NCBI GenBank assembly: GCA_965219455.1 | Contig: OZ244744.1 | Location: 1,856,001 to 1,920,000 of the forward strand | DNA from: Candidatus Latescibacterota bacterium | GTDB lineage: Bacteria > Latescibacterota > UBA2968 > GCA-2709665 | Direction of reading: 5' to 3' | Length of the DNA: 64,000 nt | Shown: piece after piece, positions 60,793 to 64,000 of the stretch | Position numbering within the stretch: the stretch's first letter is position 1 | How the letters are laid out: each line of letters starts with the position of its first letter | Notes under the pieces: model-generated | What the model was told of the DNA's origin: nothing | The model's database searches: none | The model's input: the letters and a program-made list of their open reading frames with translations, nothing else | Translations under genes and position numbers: made by a program

Positions 60793-61347
60793 TCATTGGC
60801 ACGCTGCCAGAAGTCTCGAATTTGCGGTTAACACTTCTATGCCTCCCGTCCTGAAGTCGCCGTCGTTCGTAATCAGTTTCCAGCCATTGTGACGACAGGT
60901 TTCAGCCAGCAATCCGTCATTGAAATCAGTCACTCCCGCTGTAAAATCTGCCAGCACCTGCTTGATATTGGCCGTGGCAAACGGATGATCGTGGCGCACA
61001 CAGAGCTTGAGCATGGACGTTGCAAAGGATGCCGCACCTTTGCCGACCCCGCTGAAGGCCGCCGATTTGCGAAATGTCTTGAAATCGGGATACCGGGTCA
61101 GGTGTAGAACCTTCCATTCAATGCGACAATAGGTATTCAAGTACTCACTTAAGACCAAAGCGTCCATGATCAACCGCGAACCTACGGATCGAATGGACTT
61201 TAATCCGTTACTATATTTCTGGGTGAACGTGCTCCTGTACCCCGATGGCGGTGGATACAAATAGAGCCAAACGTTCGCATCAAGCAAGAACGTCTCGCCT
61301 CTGCTAAACGGATATGCAGCCAAGTCATACGCCTTATTCTTCTTCAT
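60793..61347 (-). CDS. PIN-domain (VapC-like) ribonuclease
   Basis: LLDANVW, LSEYLN, DFND, LITNDGDF acidic tetrad. Confidence 0.85.
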   Translation of the reverse strand: MKKNKAYDLAAYPFSRGETFLLDANVWLYLYPPPSGYRSTFTQKYSNGLKSIRSVGSRLIMDALVLSEYLNTYCRIEWKVLHLTRYPDFKTFRKSAAFSGVGKGAASFATSMLKLCVRHDHPFATANIKQVLADFTAGVTDFNDGLLAETCRHNGWKLITNDGDFRTGGIEVLTANSRLLAACQ

Positions 61348-61693
61348 CGCCTAGTTCCTCACGCCACACGCGATCGAAATCATCGGGGGTTTTAAAGTAC
61401 ACTTTTGCATTTTCAATTACACGTTCCAGCATCTCCCGGTCGTCATCTGCCAAATCGCGAAACGAGAGCAACGCACGGATGCTTTCCTCGGGTAACTCGC
61501 CGTAAAGCTGACCCACTGCCGCGTTGAGAAAAGCCGAGATGAGAATCTCTATCCGTTCGAAGGATAGAACCACCGGCGACTCCGCCTTCAAGAGTGGAGC
61601 AATCTTGTCGTACAGACGTTGGCCGTCGCTGGTAGATACGCACAGGGGACCACCAATGATGTCAAATACTCGAACTGTAATTTCTCGCGTCAT
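61334..61693 (-). CDS. STAS-like (DUF4325) protein
   Basis: G..LYDKI...VVLSFERIEILISAFLNAAVGQLY; start MTREIT at 61693. Confidence 0.85.
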   Translation of the reverse strand: MTREITVRVFDIIGGPLCVSTSDGQRLYDKIAPLLKAESPVVLSFERIEILISAFLNAAVGQLYGELPEESIRALLSFRDLADDDREMLERVIENAKVYFKTPDDFDRVWREELGDEEE

Positions 61694-61712
61694 GCTTGTC
61701 CTCTTTCCAAAT

Positions 61713-62585
61713 TCAATACGGACTGTCGGCTTTTTTTTCACTCTCCAGGAAATATATACTCTCATCAGCAGTGTTGATTTCAATGGTTACGGCAGTCCCG
61801 GGAAAGTCAACCGCCATATTCGCGAAAGTTTCCGTGCCACGGCTTAGTTCATAAAATGCGAAACGGGAGGCAATCTGAATCTTACCGTCATTCAGACGAG
61901 CGAATTTCTGTAGAAACTCAAGGCCTAACCCACCGGGATACGGCCCACTTTTCGTGGTGTGATATGGCTCAAGTGCCCATTTGAGGGCTGGAAGCGAGTT
62001 GATACGAGGAGTATTGAAATACCGACGAACATTCTCTCGAATTCCGATACCGGCATCTGCAACCGTAAAATCAAGCCGATTCTCTTGCGGGAAAAACTGG
62101 CCACAGACGAAGACACCAAGATTTGATTCGGAATGGAATACGGCATTCTGATACACTTCAAAAACCTTCTTCTTGAAGATCCTGCTTGCGCCATCGGACA
62201 TTCTGGGGATGCCTCTTCCGGTAAGTTGCCAATGGATATACTCTTCGAACTCACCCTCATCACTCAGGCGCAGCCGGCGAAACGGCATGGTTGTATTATT
62301 GTTGTCATCCAGTGATTTGTACCAATAATGAGTTAGGAACAGATTCTTACGAAGTATAGTCTCGACCGGACCCGGGATATCGACGATGCGAATGGTATTG
62401 AAACCGTCAGCGACCTTAGAAAGAATCGCGCCAAGTGGCGCCGCCATGTTGGCGTCGAAAAAATCCAACCTTGACATGTTGAGTTGCAGTTGATCCGAAT
62501 AGAGACCCTGAGCAGCTTTGGCGAGTTTGGCGAGCGTTTCCCACCCCTCACGTGTACTGTGCACGGTCGGAAGATAGTAGATCAT
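61713..62585 (-). CDS. STAS-like N-domain + GHKL (anti-sigma kinase-like) ATPase
   Basis: EVYQNAVFH (N box), DAGIGI (G1), TTK, GGLGL (G2), PGT. Confidence 0.85.
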   Translation of the reverse strand: MIYYLPTVHSTREGWETLAKLAKAAQGLYSDQLQLNMSRLDFFDANMAAPLGAILSKVADGFNTIRIVDIPGPVETILRKNLFLTHYWYKSLDDNNNTTMPFRRLRLSDEGEFEEYIHWQLTGRGIPRMSDGASRIFKKKVFEVYQNAVFHSESNLGVFVCGQFFPQENRLDFTVADAGIGIRENVRRYFNTPRINSLPALKWALEPYHTTKSGPYPGGLGLEFLQKFARLNDGKIQIASRFAFYELSRGTETFANMAVDFPGTAVTIEINTADESIYFLESEKKADSPY

Positions 62586-62604
62586 CGCAATCCCTGTGAT
62601 TGAC

Positions 62605-62800
62605 GGGACTTATACTCAGATGCTGCGGATAAAAAAACACAGGAGCGTATCCTGAAGTGTTACCATTACCCCTGGACACGCCGGACGAAGCAGAAGGGAT
62701 AGCAAGAAGTGAAGAGAAACCGAACTCGGAAGATCTGCTCTCTGCTGGCGCAAGGCAAATGCTGCATGCCGCCTTGGAGATTGAAGTGAAAGCTGCATCG
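62605..62800 (+). mobile_element. IS256-family transposase 5' remnant
   Basis: EDLLSAGARQMLHAALEIEV resembles the IS256 N-terminus; similarity stops soon after; GGGA-starting end-like sequence at 62605. Confidence 0.5.
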
Positions 62801-62973
62801 AGAACATTGAGGGCAAGATCGAAGATCTGGTACACGGACAAGCGGTCAGAAATGGTAACGATTTATCCGAAGTCCGTCAAGGATGACCTCTCTACCAAAG
62901 AAGAATTCGGGCCGGACATTCCAGACAATATAGACACGTCACAATCTACTTTTGTGAGGCGATTTCCCTTCCG

Positions 62974-64000
62974 TCAGGTCGGCTTCCCAGCCCGTTCGAT
63001 CAAGTCATTCAGCTTGTAATTCACGCTTGTCACTGAGAAATCCGGTTCCCTTTGAAAAGGCCTACGCAGGTAGTGCACGCGATGCTCACCGCCATCCAGG
63101 AACTCGACGATGGCGAGGATGAAATCGTCCGGTTTGTTCAGCGCCGTAAGGATCTCATTCTTCGTCACCGTAATCGTATCTCCACCGGACTGGCGGCCCT
63201 TCACTTCGATGAAACGCAACTTTCCCGTACCGGGAACACGGCTCTCAATGTCATAACCGAGATGTTCGGTCTCCCGGTCGACGGGCTCGAATCCGAGGCC
63301 GCGTTCCACTTCCATGATGATGGCGCGAGCCTTTGCCGCCGACTTCTGGGTGTCCACGATGTGCCGTGGCGTGGAGGCTCCGGTCATGGCTGCCAGGAGT
63401 CCCATGGGTACGACGACAAGGCCGCCGACGATGGCGGGCGGCAGCGCTGAGATCCGCTCCTCCCGGTCGAGTTGGTTCGTGCGCTGATGGAGCCGCTCCT
63501 GCAGATCGTCTGCGCGCCGTTGGGCCTCGCGGGAGTTGAGCTTTGCCCCGGCCTTTCCTGCTTCCTCCTGGAGCTTGAGTTCCTCGGCGCGGTGGTCCCA
63601 ATACGCCATTTCCTTGGTCAGGCGCTCCTTAACCGCGGCACGGGTTTTCGCAACCAGAGCGAGGCGCCGGTCGCGAACCTCTCCAAGGTGTTCCGGCACG
63701 ATGTTGGCGATGGCCTCCTCCCGCGCCTGCTGCTCCAGCTTTCGGGTGATCCATCCGCACTCCGGGCGGTCAAGGATGTCGACCACTTTGGGTTCGTAAT
63801 CCGCCAGCGGCCGGTAGTCAAGGTACGGCGCGTAGTCGAGACGGCGTTTCACGCCGGCTGCATCGATCTCGACATAGAGCGTCCGGCGTGAGATGACACG
63901 ACCCTCGCCACTGGCCAAAACACTTCCGTCCTTTATCGCATGCTCCAGCGAGAAGATCACACGCGTTTCCAGGCCCGGGTCCCGCTCGTCCACGAGCACG
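62974..64000 (-). CDS. SNF2-family helicase with C-terminal DUF3883 (NOV-C) nuclease domain, C-terminal part
   Basis: APYLDYRP, RLTKEMAYWD, GYDIES...RFIEVKGR, VTKNE, EPDF typical of DUF499-system helicases. Confidence 0.88.
   Translation of the reverse strand, partial: VLVDERDPGLETRVIFSLEHAIKDGSVLASGEGRVISRRTLYVEIDAAGVKRRLDYAPYLDYRPLADYEPKVVDILDRPECGWITRKLEQQAREEAIANIVPEHLGEVRDRRLALVAKTRAAVKERLTKEMAYWDHRAEELKLQEEAGKAGAKLNSREAQRRADDLQERLHQRTNQLDREERISALPPAIVGGLVVVPMGLLAAMTGASTPRHIVDTQKSAAKARAIIMEVERGLGFEPVDRETEHLGYDIESRVPGTGKLRFIEVKGRQSGGDTITVTKNEILTALNKPDDFILAIVEFLDGGEHRVHYLRRPFQREPDFSVTSVNYKLNDLIERAGKPT

Noticed and set aside
62657-63019. 120-aa ORF as a functional transposase
   Set aside because: It is far too short, has no DDE region, and only about 20 aa resemble IS256
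1-64000. CRISPR array, tRNA or rRNA
   Set aside because: No regularly spaced repeats or RNA-gene signatures were found by eye; the repeats seen are paralogous coding blocks or REPs. A dedicated scan was not run.

Overview
High-GC bacterial DNA with two parts. The gene content (DUF6785-type membrane proteins, a PhyH dioxygenase, expanded lyase-like genes) suggests a Latescibacterota/Poribacteria-like polysaccharide degrader, but that is inference only. (1) About 0.2-39 kb is a uronate/polysaccharide catabolic locus. It holds uxuA, a sugar ABC transporter, two DUF6785-like membrane proteins, a beta-helix/PKD protein, PhyH, a heparinase II/III-like protein, and six paralogous ~1100-1225 aa lyase-like/beta-propeller proteins. 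A small AT-rich three-gene cassette at 1.7-2.9 kb interrupts it and may encode an ART-fold toxin module. (2) About 39-64 kb is a defence island built on a SNF2-DUF3883 / DUF1156 methylase / HEPN-DUF499 scaffold. Inserted into it are a GHKL-STAS-PIN triad, two ABC-ATPase+nuclease pairs, an E2-only CBASS with a patatin effector and a divergent HTH-peptidase regulator, MNT-HEPN, DUF6615, an AlbA-ATPase and duplicated DUF488 genes. The most striking feature is an apparently intact REP-associated tyrosine transposase (RAYT) domain inserted in frame inside the DUF1156 DNA methyltransferase, bounded by inverted REP hairpins that are themselves translated. Related REP copies with compensatory stem changes occur elsewhere in the window. 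No CRISPR array, tRNA or rRNA was seen. All family calls come from motif recognition by eye, not database searches.
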